Position numbers and translations under genes: made by a program. The notes below the pieces were generated by a model. It did not search any database and was not told the DNA's origin. It saw nothing but the letters and a program-made list of their open reading frames with translations. Positions 12,201-23,298 of a DNA stretch of 64,000 bases are shown piece by piece (within the stretch, counting starts at the first letter, position 1; every line of letters starts with the position of its first letter). The stretch is from Macrostomum lignano (Eukaryota), in assembly GCA_002269645.1 (NCBI GenBank), contig NIVC01003907.1:6327-70326 (forward strand). Reading direction: 5' to 3'.

Positions 12201-15200
12201 CGTTCATCAAGTACGAGTTGTAGCCTAGTGATTAGAGGTTAGTGGTCAAAACTCACGACTTGAAGGCCTGGGGTTCGATTCCCGATCCCACTGGAAGCAA
12301 GAGCGCGAACTTGAGCAAGACACTTAACTGTGCATTGCTTCAGCTCACCAGCTGTAAAATGGGTGCCAGCATTAGCTGGGTTAATTGAGGTTGTGTGTAG
12401 CGACCCCCCCCCAAGTCATTGGACTGAACAGCCGTACGAAGCCTTCAAGATGCGCCTCGAAATAGCTGCGGCTGAGCTGTCGGTTGCACACCTATTATTA
12501 GTAATTTTATTATCAAATAAAGCAAGCCTTTTCTGGATGTCCAGGTAGCGTACAGCTTCTGAGTATTCTAGTAGTATCATGACTAGTAGCATACATAGCA
12601 TAGTGCTGCCTCCCCCCAAAGTAACTGTTGAAGCGACAACACCTGAACCGCTTGTGGAAATTTGGTTTCAACTTACGCAGACTCGTCACGCTCAGCTCAC
12701 AGTGCACCACCGAGGTGGAGACTCTCATGGAGGGCATCCGCACCAGCCTGCGCAAATTCCGCCAGGGCCTTGACAACAAGCTCCAGATGCTTCGCGAGGC
12801 TAACGCCAGGTTTGTCAAGTCGTTCAAGCTATTCTCCGAGGGCGGAAACTTCTGCCCGGAGGAGGTTGACGACTACCGCAAGCGGCTGGACAAGATGACG
12901 AGCCGAGTGGACGCGGCGGAGTCCAGCATCCTGTCCGAGTTGGAGGGAATGGAGAAGAAAAGGTTGGACGCGGCTAATGCAAAAGTTCGCGAATTCGAAG
13001 AGCAGTTCCGAAACCACATGGTGGACCTGGTGTTCATGGAGAAGGTGGCGCGGTGGCTCACCAACACTCAGGTACGCAAAAATGAGTACAAATTTTGAGA
13101 TGATCGAGGAATGACATTCTGCGCTGACATAAATTGAAATTTGAACGCGCGTGCGCTGTCTCATTAGATGATCAACTTTTCTATGTACTAATTTGTTCAT
13201 AAAGGCAGGAAGTCCAAAGCTAAGCCAAACTTTCGCATCAATTTCAATTCTCAGGTCAAAATCAAAGCGGAGGTGTCTGACAGCAACTCGCAATCGTTGA
13301 AGCTCGTGGAGACTCTGGACAGCCTTGCCAAACGCGTGGACGCCTGCGCCCGGCCGAACCTGGACAAGGAGACCGTCCGACCCGAGGACCTCTACGGCGG
13401 GCTGCACGATATCTTCGACATGTTCAACGATCGGAGCGTCTACTTGAACTGCATCGGCACGCAGAAGCCGCCGCCTGTGGTTGTCACTGTTGACGAAGCT
13501 GCAGCCGCGGCACCAGCCGCCGGGAGTTCGAGCTCTCCGGACGCTGCCGGAACTGGCGGGACCGCGACAAGCAGGTAAATGTCACAGGCAAAGTGTTTAA
13601 CTTTTCATTTCTAAAAGTGTTATAGCATTAGGGCAAGATGAATGCTCAGAAATAACACCATATACTTTGTGCTTTCTTGATCTTTATGGTGAGACACAAC
13701 TACGGTGAGAAATTTCTTACGTCCTATTGGATGTCGTGTCGGAGAGCCTTTAAAACCACAACTTATTTGCCACTCCTGCAGGCAACAGCAGCTAGTGCGG
13801 CTGCCCAGCACCCAGCCGACTCCAGTGAGCCGGCCCGGCAAGCAGCCGCCCGAGGAACCGTCAGCCGGGGTCATCAAGCGCATCATGCGCACCCAGCGAG
13901 CGCGAGCGCACGGCGGCGGCGAGGTGGTGATCGAGGCTGACCGAGACGAAGCCGGAGGCGCTGGCGGCGGTGCCGGCGGCCTGGCCGGTGCCAAAGACAG
14001 AAAGCTGGCAGCCAGAAAGAAGAAACCTGGAGATGCAGAGCCCCAACAGGAGCAGCAGGTGATTTTGAGACATTCAGTGGATTTCAGTGGATGACTTGCC
14101 TCTAGACAGATACTCAGATTCGATACTCAGATCGAAGTTTTATAAGCAAACTTGGTTTGTCAATTTTGCAGGCATCGCAGGCAGCTGGCACAGGTGACAA
14201 CACGCACACTCCGTCGCTGCAAGGTCCGGGCCACGCCTCGGTCACCAAGATGGCGTCGAGACGCGAGTCTGGGGAGCCGCAGCAGCAGCAGCAGCCGACG
14301 GGAGGCGGTGGAGGCGGCGCTCATCCGCCAGTGAACCGCAGGACATCAGCGTGAGTTCTTCGTTACCAGGGCTGTCTTGGGCGACAAGAATTAAAGCAAT
14401 AGGAACTGAATCATATTTGGCAAAGTAGTTTGTTTATTTTCTCCTAAGTTCATAACACAATTCCCTGTCTTTGTTTATGAGCTTTCTCTGTTCCCTTGTT
14501 TTAGTGGTTTTTATTTTCTAAAATTTGCCATCGACTCGTCTTCCAGCCGAGGCCGGCCCGTCGTGTACTTTACCTGGAGAACTGTCTCCATGCAAGTTTC
14601 CGACTGAACTATAAAACCCGTATTGCCTCTAGAATGTGACTGTACCGTGATATTTGCATTTTCAGTAGCTAAACCAAACTTAGCTGACTTGGATTAACAA
14701 CACTTTGAGTAGGAAAATTTTACACTGTTTATTTTTACAGCACCATACTAACTTATTAGGGCAGGTAAAATGCTTTCAAATTTGTTTTGCTTTGGAAGCT
14801 GACCCAACTTGGGACGATGAGCTCTGGTTTATCCAGCATCTTCGTTAGCTCAACCAGCTCGATGCAGCGCCGGAAGTCTTCCAGCATTGGTTCGAATCTC
14901 TCCACTTTAAAGGGCCGGCATTCGAAACTCGACTGGTCGGCAGAGCAGCCGCATCAGCACCATCCAGGAGGCCTCAGCAGGTGGTGGCCACATGCTGCAG
15001 GACCTGAAGGCTCTCGTAGAGAAGGAGCTGCAGGATGCCATGGCGTAATCAACAGTCGAATCTGTTTTTTTTATTTTCAAACAGTTTGAGCACACAAAGC
15101 CAGTTGCTTGCTTTTGCTATTCTTCATTTATAATCAAATCAATTTTATTCGATATTTTTGCACCCTAGCTGAAAGTAAACTAAATTTTTCCTGTTCAAAT

Positions 15201-18200
15201 TTATTTCATTTTTGCACATGTCTGTCTGTTGGCTCTTTCACAAGAGTAGTAGTAAGACCGACTTTCCTACAGATGCACTTCTGATTGCTTGTGAAGCCTT
15301 TCATTTTTATTATGGTTTGGTCGAATAATTATTTACGCGTAAATTTAAGTACTTTCATCTGGCTTTTTTGGAAAAAAAGTTCTAAGAGTACTGGTTAAGT
15401 TTGTCCTGATCGGTTTTCAACCCTTTTCTTCAAACTGCCAGTTCGCGCAAGTTTGTTGCCAAAAACCAGCGCCTCGACAAAAAGTACATGGTGTTCGGCG
15501 AGGGCGAGGACCCGGCTGAGGCGCAGCATTTCCTTGGCCGAGTCAGGCGGATTTGCCGAGAGGCTCTGGACGGCATGCTGCTGGCTGCCGAGCTGTACTA
15601 CCGGCAGAAGGGCAGCCGGCCAGTCACCCGGCCTCAGGCGCTGCACGAGACCTTCGACCAGTGCTCGGAGGTGATTATCTCGAAGCTGCAGGTGAGCGAG
15701 AACCTTCTGTCTTCGTAGAAACAATTGTCTAAACTCTGTAATGTGACACGCCTTCTTGCTTAATGTGAAGTTTTTGTCTTCGATCCGTCATGTCGTTGCG
15801 TTTGGACTCCGCTTAATCAATGAGTCAATCACCTAAAATGTTTCGGATTGTTTGTCACCTACAGTGACTCCAAGTCGTAACTCCGCGCATCCGCAGGCTT
15901 ATTTCGGCCAGGCGGACGCCTATCACAACTCCTGCGTGATCGAGCTGCGCAACCAGCTCGAACGACTCGAACGCCTTGCCGAGCAAATCCCGCGACTGGC
16001 CTTCGAGGATCTCTACAAACGCTGCGTCCAATCGGTGCGCGCCGGCCTCGACAGGCTGTCCGCCGAGGCGGCGTCAGCACTGACGGAGCTGGAGCAACGA
16101 CGGCGCAAACACGAGGAGACGCTGTCGCCGGCACTTGGCCATCCGGAGCGTCTGCACCGTCTGGAGGCTGTCTGCCGCGCCGAGCAGCAGCGCCACGAGG
16201 AGCTTCTGGCCGCCCTAGCCGCACTGAAGACCGACAAGCAGGTGCGTCTATGATCTGTTTAGTCCTGTGAGAGTCTGTTCCGTGGCCTAACTAAAGGAAA
16301 GGTCACTAACTGAGAGCTAGATAGTTAAAGCTACCTGGTGCCGAACAAGCATGTATTTGGCGCAAGTCCTTTTACCTGGGTCTCTCATGGTAACGATAGT
16401 TTGTTCGCACTGGAAATGCACTCGTAATGTAGGGGCTTACATACTCTGTCTATGAGCTACGAGCTATAAAAGTATTGAATTTCAGACCCTTATTCCGGCA
16501 AATTATTTACCAGTTATTTAAAAACGACTCCTACTATCATACTTGTTGTGTATCGAGCTTTGCAGATAACAGTTGTATTTTAACTTAGGAAATAAGATGT
16601 AAGCATAGCAGGTCTTAAAGAAAGAAAAGGAAAGCTGGGGCTTTTAGCTGCTTTGGTGGGGAATTGAGGTCATAGATGCTCGTATAACTGTAAAGAATCA
16701 AGGCTAACATTGAAGGAATAAGTAACGATGGGGGAGCGATTCATAACAAGTAACGGTGAGGGCGATTCTTCAGGGCACAACATGTCCCCTCTTGGTGGAG
16801 CTTATGTTGTTGCAGTATTAAAGTTTTTCGAAAATCGGAAAATAGTTCATGACACAAAGCGATCAGGCGCGGTCCGGTTCCTGCTTCCTCTTCGCGGGAG
16901 CGTATCCTCTCCAGGCTCGGGGCTTTTGTCCTCAGCAGTGCCAGGCTCCTCCCTGGTGACCGGAGCGTGTTGGTCCTCCTCATCTTCTGACTCAACTCCT
17001 GGCGATTGAGAGGCTAGTGGGGCGATCTGGTTTGTGCTGGTGAAGCGAAGGTTGTCCTCGGTCAGGATCCAAGCCGTATTGCGGCCAGCCGTCATGACGA
17101 AAGTCACTGGGTTGCCAACGGCAGAACTATTGGGCGTGTAGATGACGCTGTCACCCTGTTCAAAGTGCGACACAACCGGGACACGGAGTCGTCATCCAAA
17201 AATTATTTCGGCGGGGCAGCCTCCTCGGGACGAAGCAGAATTCCGATGATGCAGGAGCACCTTTTGCAGGAAGTGGCTGAATTTCATATGCGTTAATCTT
17301 TCCGACCAGGCCCGCAGTGCCGACTTGACCGTTTGCACAGCTCTTTCAGCTGCCCCGTTCGCTTGCGGGTAGTATGCCGGTGATTCCAGTTTGCTCGGGT
17401 AAACTCGGGCGCGTTGTCTGATACAACAACCTCTGGAACCCCAAAGCGCGTGAATACTGTTGTGAGGCACCGAATGACGGAGTCAGTTGTCCGGTCGCGA
17501 CTAGGGAAGGCCTCTATCCAGCCTAAGAACGCGTCCACAACTATTATAGTGTTTCCAGCGTCCTTTACGAATGCCCAATCCATATGAATCCGTTGGAATG
17601 GGTATGTTGACGGGGGCCAGTGGTCTCTGTCACGCCCAGCGTGTGGCGCAGTTGGTTGCACCCGGGGCAGCGCTGCACATATTGAGCGACATCATGCTGC
17701 ATCTCAGGCCACCAACAGGTCGCAGATAGCAAATTGTAGGAAGCCTGCACTCCGGAATGTGTGCTTTGAATCGTGTTGAAGGCGGTCTGTCGTAAACGAG
17801 GAGGTATGTATACGCGCCTCTGCATGTAGAGCAGGCCATTCTCCAGCGTCAATTTTTCGGCAACCTTCTTAAATTGTGCTTCTGCCTGGCTGCAATTCAT
17901 CCATTTCCTTGTCGCACCCGATTGAATATCTTCTGTGCAAAGCCGTCGACGTCTATTTCAGCGGCAATCCTTCTGGCGTCAATAACGGGCGATTCAAAAG
18001 CCACTGAGTTAATTGCTTCAAAAGTTGTCTTGTCATCAACCGTGCTGCCCTTAAAACGCAGTCTTGAGAGAGCGTCAACGTGCGGATTGCTGCTGCCACG
18101 TACATTCTGTATTTGGTAGTCGAACTGCATCAGGTACATCGCCCAACGGCCGATCCGTGCGGATGCATTTAGCGGAATGCCGGTGCCAGACCCAAACAAA

Positions 18201-21200
18201 CGCAGAAGTGGTTGATGGTCGGTACGGATGGTGAAGGGTCGGCCGTGGAAGTAATGTTTTAGACGTGCAGTCGCCCAAACTATAGCCAGAGCTTCGCTCT
18301 CTATGTTTTAATAGTTGGCCTCAGCGGAAGACATGCTGCGTGACACGTATATGACGGGATGGCCATCCTGCGTTGCCACGGCGGCGAGCGCTCCCTTGGA
18401 CGCATCGGTGGTGAGCGTGAGCTCTTTCGTCAGACTGTATGGTTGGAAGACAGGCGCTGACGCAATCTCTATCTTGAGACTCTCGAATGCCCTGGAGCAT
18501 TCATCCGACCACACAAAAGGTATGCCGGCCTTTCTCAGTCTGTTAAGAGGTGCAGTCTCGCCCGCAAAGTTCGGGATCAGCCGCCCAAAAAATGACTATC
18601 CCGAGGAAGTGGGCGAGCTCCGATTTGTTTGCAGGTGCACACACATGACGAATTTTCTCGACCACGCGATCATTGGGCTCTATGCCTGCAGCAGAGATCC
18701 GAAAGCCTAAGAATGAGGCGGAATCGCAATAGCTAATGCAATTTGACTCGTTGATGGTCACGCGCTTTTCAGTGAGCCGCGTCCGGACGGCAGTAAGACG
18801 CTTTTCTAGGGTTGTTTTGTCTGGTGCGTGGACAAGAATGTCGTCCTGGTAGATCAGTAAATCCTTTATGTCCCCTAGAATGGACTCTATTGTTCTTTGA
18901 AAGATAAAAGAGGCGTTTTTCATGCCCATTATCGATTTACTCGATAGAGCCCGCGGGACGTATTGATAACTGACAGATCTCTCGCCGCTTCGTCTAGCTC
19001 AATCTGCCAGTATGCGGAACGCAGGTCGACGGTGGCAAATGTCTTGGCATTCTTTAGTTTCGAGAACATGGTTTCCACGTGTGGGATCGGATGCGAATCT
19101 GATTTGATCTTTGAGTTGACATGCACACTATAGTCTGCGCACATCCGCAGTGATCCATCCTTTTTTTCACCCATACCACGTGGGAAGAATTACTGACTGG
19201 GCCTTCTATTGGTTCGATGACACCTAGTCGGTGAAGACGGTATAGTTCAGCGTTGATCTGGTCTTCCAGGGCCAAGGGAACTGGGCGCGCACGGCAGAAT
19301 GTGGTCGAGCACCATCTTTCAACTCCATTCAGGCCTTGACACCTCTGATGGTGGGCAGGTGCTCCGCAGCTGTGTTGCTGGCTGGTGACTCTGTGTGGAA
19401 GAGACCATCAGAATCGAGGAGGTCCCGACCCAGCAAGCCATACGGTTTAGCGGAAGTCACCACAATGAATTCTGCCGAGTGTAGACGCCCTCGTAGCTCT
19501 ACAGTCGTAGCCATCTTGCCGAGTGACCGCATCACATGCCCGTCAAAAGCCTCTAGGCGTCGGTTGCAGCGTAGAAGTGGTGGCTGGCCCAACTTGGTCC
19601 ACTGCGCGCTCGATAACACGGAGACGGATGCACCCGTATCAACTTGCATCTCTAGCCTTTTGTCATTGATGCGCACTGCTTCGGTCGTGGCTTCGATTGA
19701 GTGTAGGGGGTCGGTTAGATGGAGCACGGTCGTAGGTTGCTCCATGCTTCCTGCTGCGGCTTCCTGCTGCGGCGACGCGTGGGTCGACGCCAACCGGAGA
19801 GACGGCTCAGCGTGCTTGGCTACGCCGATGACCTCGCCCTGCTGTCCTCGACCGTCGAGGGCGCCCAACGACAGCTGGATAGGTTGGTTGCCGTTGCGGC
19901 GAGAGTCGGCCTGGTGGTCAACACGCAGAAGACCGTCGTGCTATGCGTGCCGGACGACACCGAGGCTGCAATCTTCTGCCGAGGCGCTGACGGACAGGCG
20001 AGTGAGCTTCCAAGATGTCAGCAGTTCTTCTACCTCGGCGGTCTGGTTCCCGACGTCCGCGAGGATCTGCGGCGTCGCCGAGGACTTGCCTGGGCTGCCT
20101 TTCGTTCTATAAGGTCAGTCCTGCAGTCCGAGGCCCTACCGGACCGCCAGAGGGCGGCGCTGTTCCAGTCGGTGATCGAGACCGTCCTGTTATACAACGC
20201 CGAGACCTGGACGCTGACAGACTCGCTCGAGGCTCAAGTCGACGCGGCGCACGCTGGCCTGCTGCGCGCCGCCTTCAAGATCGGCAACGAGCGAGTCACC
20301 AACACGGCGCTCTATCATCGCGCCGGCCTGGCCCGTCCTAGCGATCTGCTGCGCCGTCGGCGACTCCAGCTGGCAGGCCACATCATCCGCGCCGAGGCCT
20401 ACTGTCCGAAGCCGGTGCAGGAGGTGCTGCTACTTACGTTGCAGGCACCCTACCGGCGGAGACAGGCGAGGACTCGGCGCTACGTCGACTGTCTGCTGGC
20501 TGACGCCGGCGCCCCGGACTCTGCCGGCGGTGCGGCCTTTGTTCGCGCCCAAGCTTCGAAGCGCGCCATCTGACGCTGCTTTTGCGAACTGACAGCGTAC
20601 TCTGTTGTTGTTGTTGTTGTTGTAGGTTGCGGATCAAGTCTTGTGTCTTCTTCATCAGCTGTGGTGTGATGTACGGGTCGAGAGGCCGCTGATTTGCAGA
20701 CAGCACTAAAGTGGTTCTTTTTTTCCGCACTTAGAACAGATCTTGCCAAAAGCTGGGCATTTTCCTTCAGGATGCGGCTTGTCACAATATCGACAAGCCG
20801 TGATTTTCCGGCAAGTGCCGCCTCTGTCAGGTCGCTGTGACTGAGTATAATGAAGGGTCGAGTCATCGGATTGAACTGTGACAGCAGTCTGCGCGGGTGG
20901 CACCGAGGGGCCTGCTGTCGTTTCCATCTGTTTTAAGACGAACTTGTCAACTTGGGTCATGTTTCGAATGCAGTCTACAATCTCAGAAACGGAGAGCTCA
21001 GTGAGTTGCAATGTCTCAAGCACACGTTGTTGCTTCCGGCCGTCACGAAGTCCGGCGATCAGTGCCATTCGTATCAATTCTTCCAAAGAACTTTGATGCG
21101 TCTTGAGTGAGTCAAATTTGCAATCGGCTGCCGCATGCCGCAATCTGATGACAAAGTCAGTGACTGGCTCAACAGGTAGTTTCTGCATCGTAAAAAAACG

Positions 21201-22430
21201 TGCGCGTTCTGCGATAGTAAGCTTCTCCTTCGGACGCAGATAGGAGGTGAGTGCTGCTTTGATGTCAGTAAACGACAACTCTGTTACAGCGCGCGGTGAT
21301 ATTAGGCTTTGCAGTTTTTCCAATGTAGTCAGTCCACAGCAAGCAAGAAAGTTGTCAGCGATGGTTTTCCTCTCAGTAGTATCGGACCAGCCTTTGGCTC
21401 TAGCAAGCGCTTCAAAGGCAGTTAGCCAGACCTGGGCACGGTCGGGCTTGCATAGCGGTAGTTCGCCCAACGAGGATGGCGACGTCAGTGTTGTGTATCG
21501 AGCTTGGCAGATAACAGTTGTATTTTAACTTAGGAAATAAGATGTAAGCATAGCAGGAATTGAGGCCATAGATATAACTGTAAAGAATCAAGGCTAACAT
21601 TGAAGGAATAAGTAACGGTGTGGGAGCGATTCATAACAAGTAACGGTGAGGGCGATTCTTCAGGGCACAACAATACTTTTAGTAGGCAAAACATACTAGT
21701 GACGAGTATCTTGACAAACACAGGACTCTTTCCAGCCAATCTAAAAGAATTTGTTAACAATGCGGAATCAGACAGAAAGACAGGAAGTGTCAACCCAATA
21801 GATTACTCAGATTTCGTGCTAATTTAAGGCTTGTCACTTGCTGAGAACCCAGCCTGAGAATGCCTGTCCCTCAATGCAATGATAGCGCTCATAAGAGCAA
21901 CTGCCGCCGCATTTCCGCACTCCACCACGCCACCGCAGGAGCTGGTAGTCCGCGAGGCCGACTCCTTTGCCAGCCAGGTCAGCCAGCTGTCCGAGCTGCT
22001 CTTCATCAAGCTAGACAGCCTCCTCACAGCCGACGAAGTTGAACGCGGCCGCGTCCCACCCGACCTGCTGCCCACTGCCGACCTGCTGCGCAAGCAGATG
22101 GCCGGCGAGCCACTGCACGACCCCAACAAGGATCAGCTGATCCCGCGGGGCAAAGCCAACTGGTCCGGCCTGCCGCTCAACGAGTTCCAGCCGCCTGAGC
22201 AGCAGCCGCCCAAGACTCTGCGCTGCGCCACCCTGACCGTGACGGCCAAGACCACCATGGCGCACAACGAGACGGACAAGGCTCGCAGGGAGTTCTACGC
22301 CGCGTTTAAGGAATTCTTCCACGAAGTAATGGAGGAGATCCGACGAGCTGCTGCGGAGGCTGACACCCTCGAGACCAGGTGGTTTGACAACTGGCAGAAG
22401 TCGGTGCAGAGAATTCGAGAGCTCTACTGA
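230..22430 (+). CDS. CCDC180: Coiled-coil domain-containing protein 180 (CFAP76; DUF4455/DUF4456), multi-exon. Exons: 230-742, 1504-1831, 2260-2567, 2975-3152, 3659-3870, 4084-4503, (5325-5429 possible), 7064-7147, 10804-11096, 11577-11933, 12681-13071, 13255-13574, 13782-14058, 14172-14350, 15442-15691, 15897-16241, 21939-22430
   Basis: GT-AG exons with compatible phases. Motifs match vertebrate CCDC180 as recalled: YRQLFEAQVQLTDQL, LHRIVDDEAVQMNQTLLGN, LHLHEPRARRAELDVHNVRAAEL, KLFSEGGNFCPEE, FYRQKGSRPVTRP...TFDQC, YHNSCVIELR, and C-terminal RWFDNWQKSVQRIRELY*. Exons in the low-complexity linker are less certain. Confidence 0.9.
1125..1398 (+). mobile_element. tRNA-derived SINE, copy 1 (degenerate)
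   Basis: Degenerate A box, B box GGTTCGATTCT, central TTGAGCAAGACACTTAACTCTGCATTGC...GGGTGCCAGC block, and a 3' tail shared with copies at 6.6 kb and 12.2 kb. Confidence 0.75.
2699..2950. repeat. ~32-bp minisatellite (TTTGATGTGCCGCCTCGATCCACCTCGAATCC)
   Basis: Tandem degenerate copies in a CCDC180 intron. Confidence 0.85.
4660..5200. repeat. ~22-23-bp minisatellite (CCTCCTGACACACAGTTGTGGCG)
   Basis: Tandem copies in a CCDC180 intron. Confidence 0.9.
6268..6612. repeat. 15-bp minisatellite (GGGGTTGTAGCCTGA)
   Basis: About 23 copies running directly into the SINE head. Confidence 0.95.
6604..6885 (+). mobile_element. tRNA-derived SINE with CORE-like central domain, copy 2
   Basis: A box TAGCCTAGTGG (6611-6621), B box GGTTCGATTCC (~6655-6665), central GTGTCCTTGAGCAAGACACTTAAC...CAGCTGTAAAATGGG, and shared tail CAGCCGTACG...GCTGAGCTGTCGGTTGCAC. 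Confidence 0.8.
7534..9357 (-). CDS. Arrestin-domain-containing (alpha-arrestin/ARRDC-like) protein, 2 exons (9357-8619, 8534-7534), ~579 aa, nested antisense in a CCDC180 intron
   Basis: Arrestin_N motif LSPGEHVFPFACDLPFELPATFTGSYGNVSYLVKV. Arrestin_C motifs LFMPRRAYDIGDNIFV and LTVPRFIPPSGLPNSSIIGVRYWLVF. An 84-bp GT-AG phase-1 intron joins the two ORFs in frame. Q/G-rich tail. Confidence 0.85.
10262..10650. repeat. ~31-bp minisatellite (GAGCGGAGAGGCGGATTCAGGGACTGAGGCT)
   Basis: Tandem copies. Confidence 0.9.
12216..12491 (+). mobile_element. tRNA-derived SINE, copy 3
   Basis: A box TAGCCTAGTGA (12221), B box GGTTCGATTCC (12272-12282), and the same central block and tail as copies 1 and 2. 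Confidence 0.8.
16544..16782 (-). repeat. 3' LTR (239 bp)
   Basis: Matches 21489-21672 apart from 4 substitutions and 49-bp and 6-bp indels. Confidence 0.95.
16900..19740 (-). pseudogene. Retrotransposon pol (aspartic protease, RT, RNase H, integrase) broken by multiple frameshifts
   Basis: VDTGAS (protease); DLRSAYWQI and YQDDILV (RT); TTDASKGALAAV (RNase H); HSG...CPGC, RIHMDW, VSDNAPEF and YYPQANGAAERAVQTVK (integrase), spread over several frames. Confidence 0.9.
19741..20621 (+). mobile_element. 5'-truncated non-LTR retrotransposon (RTE-like) inserted in the gypsy element
   Basis: RT C-terminal half (YADDLALL, YLG, VLLYNAETWTL), stop at 20573, short 3' UTR with ACGCTG/CAGCGT stem, (TTG)n tail, and 9-bp TSD GTAGGTTGC (19732-19740, 20622-20630). 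Confidence 0.92.
20631..21470 (-). pseudogene. Retrotransposon gag with two zinc knuckles; frameshift in an A7 run at ~20716-20724
   Basis: FVIRLRHAAADCKF gag motif. Knuckles CRYCDKPHPEGKC and CSKCGKK|NHFSAVC, the second split across two frames. Confidence 0.85.
21489..21672 (-). repeat. 5' LTR (184 bp)
   Basis: Direct repeat of 16544-16782, adjacent to the gag start. Confidence 0.95.
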
Positions 22431-23298
22431 TGAGGCAGCTCGGACCTCAGCATGGCTATTTTGCTTTGAATCTTGACCCGAAACAGCATCAACTGAATTT
22501 GAATTCCTGCGTGCTCTGATTTTCAGTTTTGAAAATTTATCTATATTTCATCGCTTTTGTCAGTGAGAAAGCTTATATTACTACTTAGGTCAGCCTACTT
22601 TCACAAACTTTTCCCAAATACGTAAGAAAAAAATTATAATTGGGTGTTGGTTAAAAATTGATTACTAATTTAAACATACTCGAAAATAGACATGTGTTAC
22701 GTAACTGCTCATCACTGCTATTCGATAACAATTTTATAATATACCATGAGTTTTTATGATCGCGATAGATCGCCTGGTTGAAATCTAAAATAATATTCTA
22801 TGAAGTTAACTGCCGTCTACTCATTTTTGAAAACAAAAAAGCACGATTTACATTTTACTGCTTCTGATACATGATACTATTAACTGACTATTGCATTTTC
22901 GCATTTTTAGTTAATACAAAAAGCAACTAATGCTCTGAAAAATCAGATGAAAATCTTCTACAAGCAAACAAAGAAAGCAGTTTCCGGATTTTTCACGCAG
23001 ACGTCGCCGAGAAAAATCGGCTTCCGAAAAACTGCAACAACGGAAATTGCCAACAGGCCGCTCGCCAAGACTCCTCCCCGATGCCACAATGTCTGTCGCT
23101 ATGGGGTGGCTCCCACCGAGCGTTTCTATTGTGTTTCTTCCCAACCATAAAAACTCCTGCTACAAACGAAGCAAAAGGGGTTTAAAACTTCTTATTGTCT
23201 ATAGAAGCAGTGCCATTTCTGAAGCTAGACTTGAAAACTACCGAGACAAAACCTAAACCTAAAGCAGCAAGGCGACAGCCATCTCTATCCAGCAGAGC

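Larger units (their letters stand above)
16544..21672 (-). mobile_element. Ty3/gypsy LTR retrotransposon (Mag-like), full length but frameshifted, in the last CCDC180 intron
   Basis: TG...CA LTRs at 16544-16782 and 21489-21672. Perfect 5-bp TSD ATACT (16539-16543, 21673-21677). PPT AAGAGGGG next to the 3' LTR. Domain order gag-PR-RT-RH-IN. Confidence 0.95.

Noticed and set aside
12420-12490. Hammerhead ribozyme in the SINE tail (CTGAACA...CGAAA)
   Set aside because: The core deviates from CTGANGA, stem II does not pair, and the GAAA is absent in the other two copies.
20706-20730. Programmed gag-pol frameshift at the A7 run
   Set aside because: The shift cuts through a CCHC zinc knuckle and the element has many other indels, so it is more likely a mutation or a homopolymer error.
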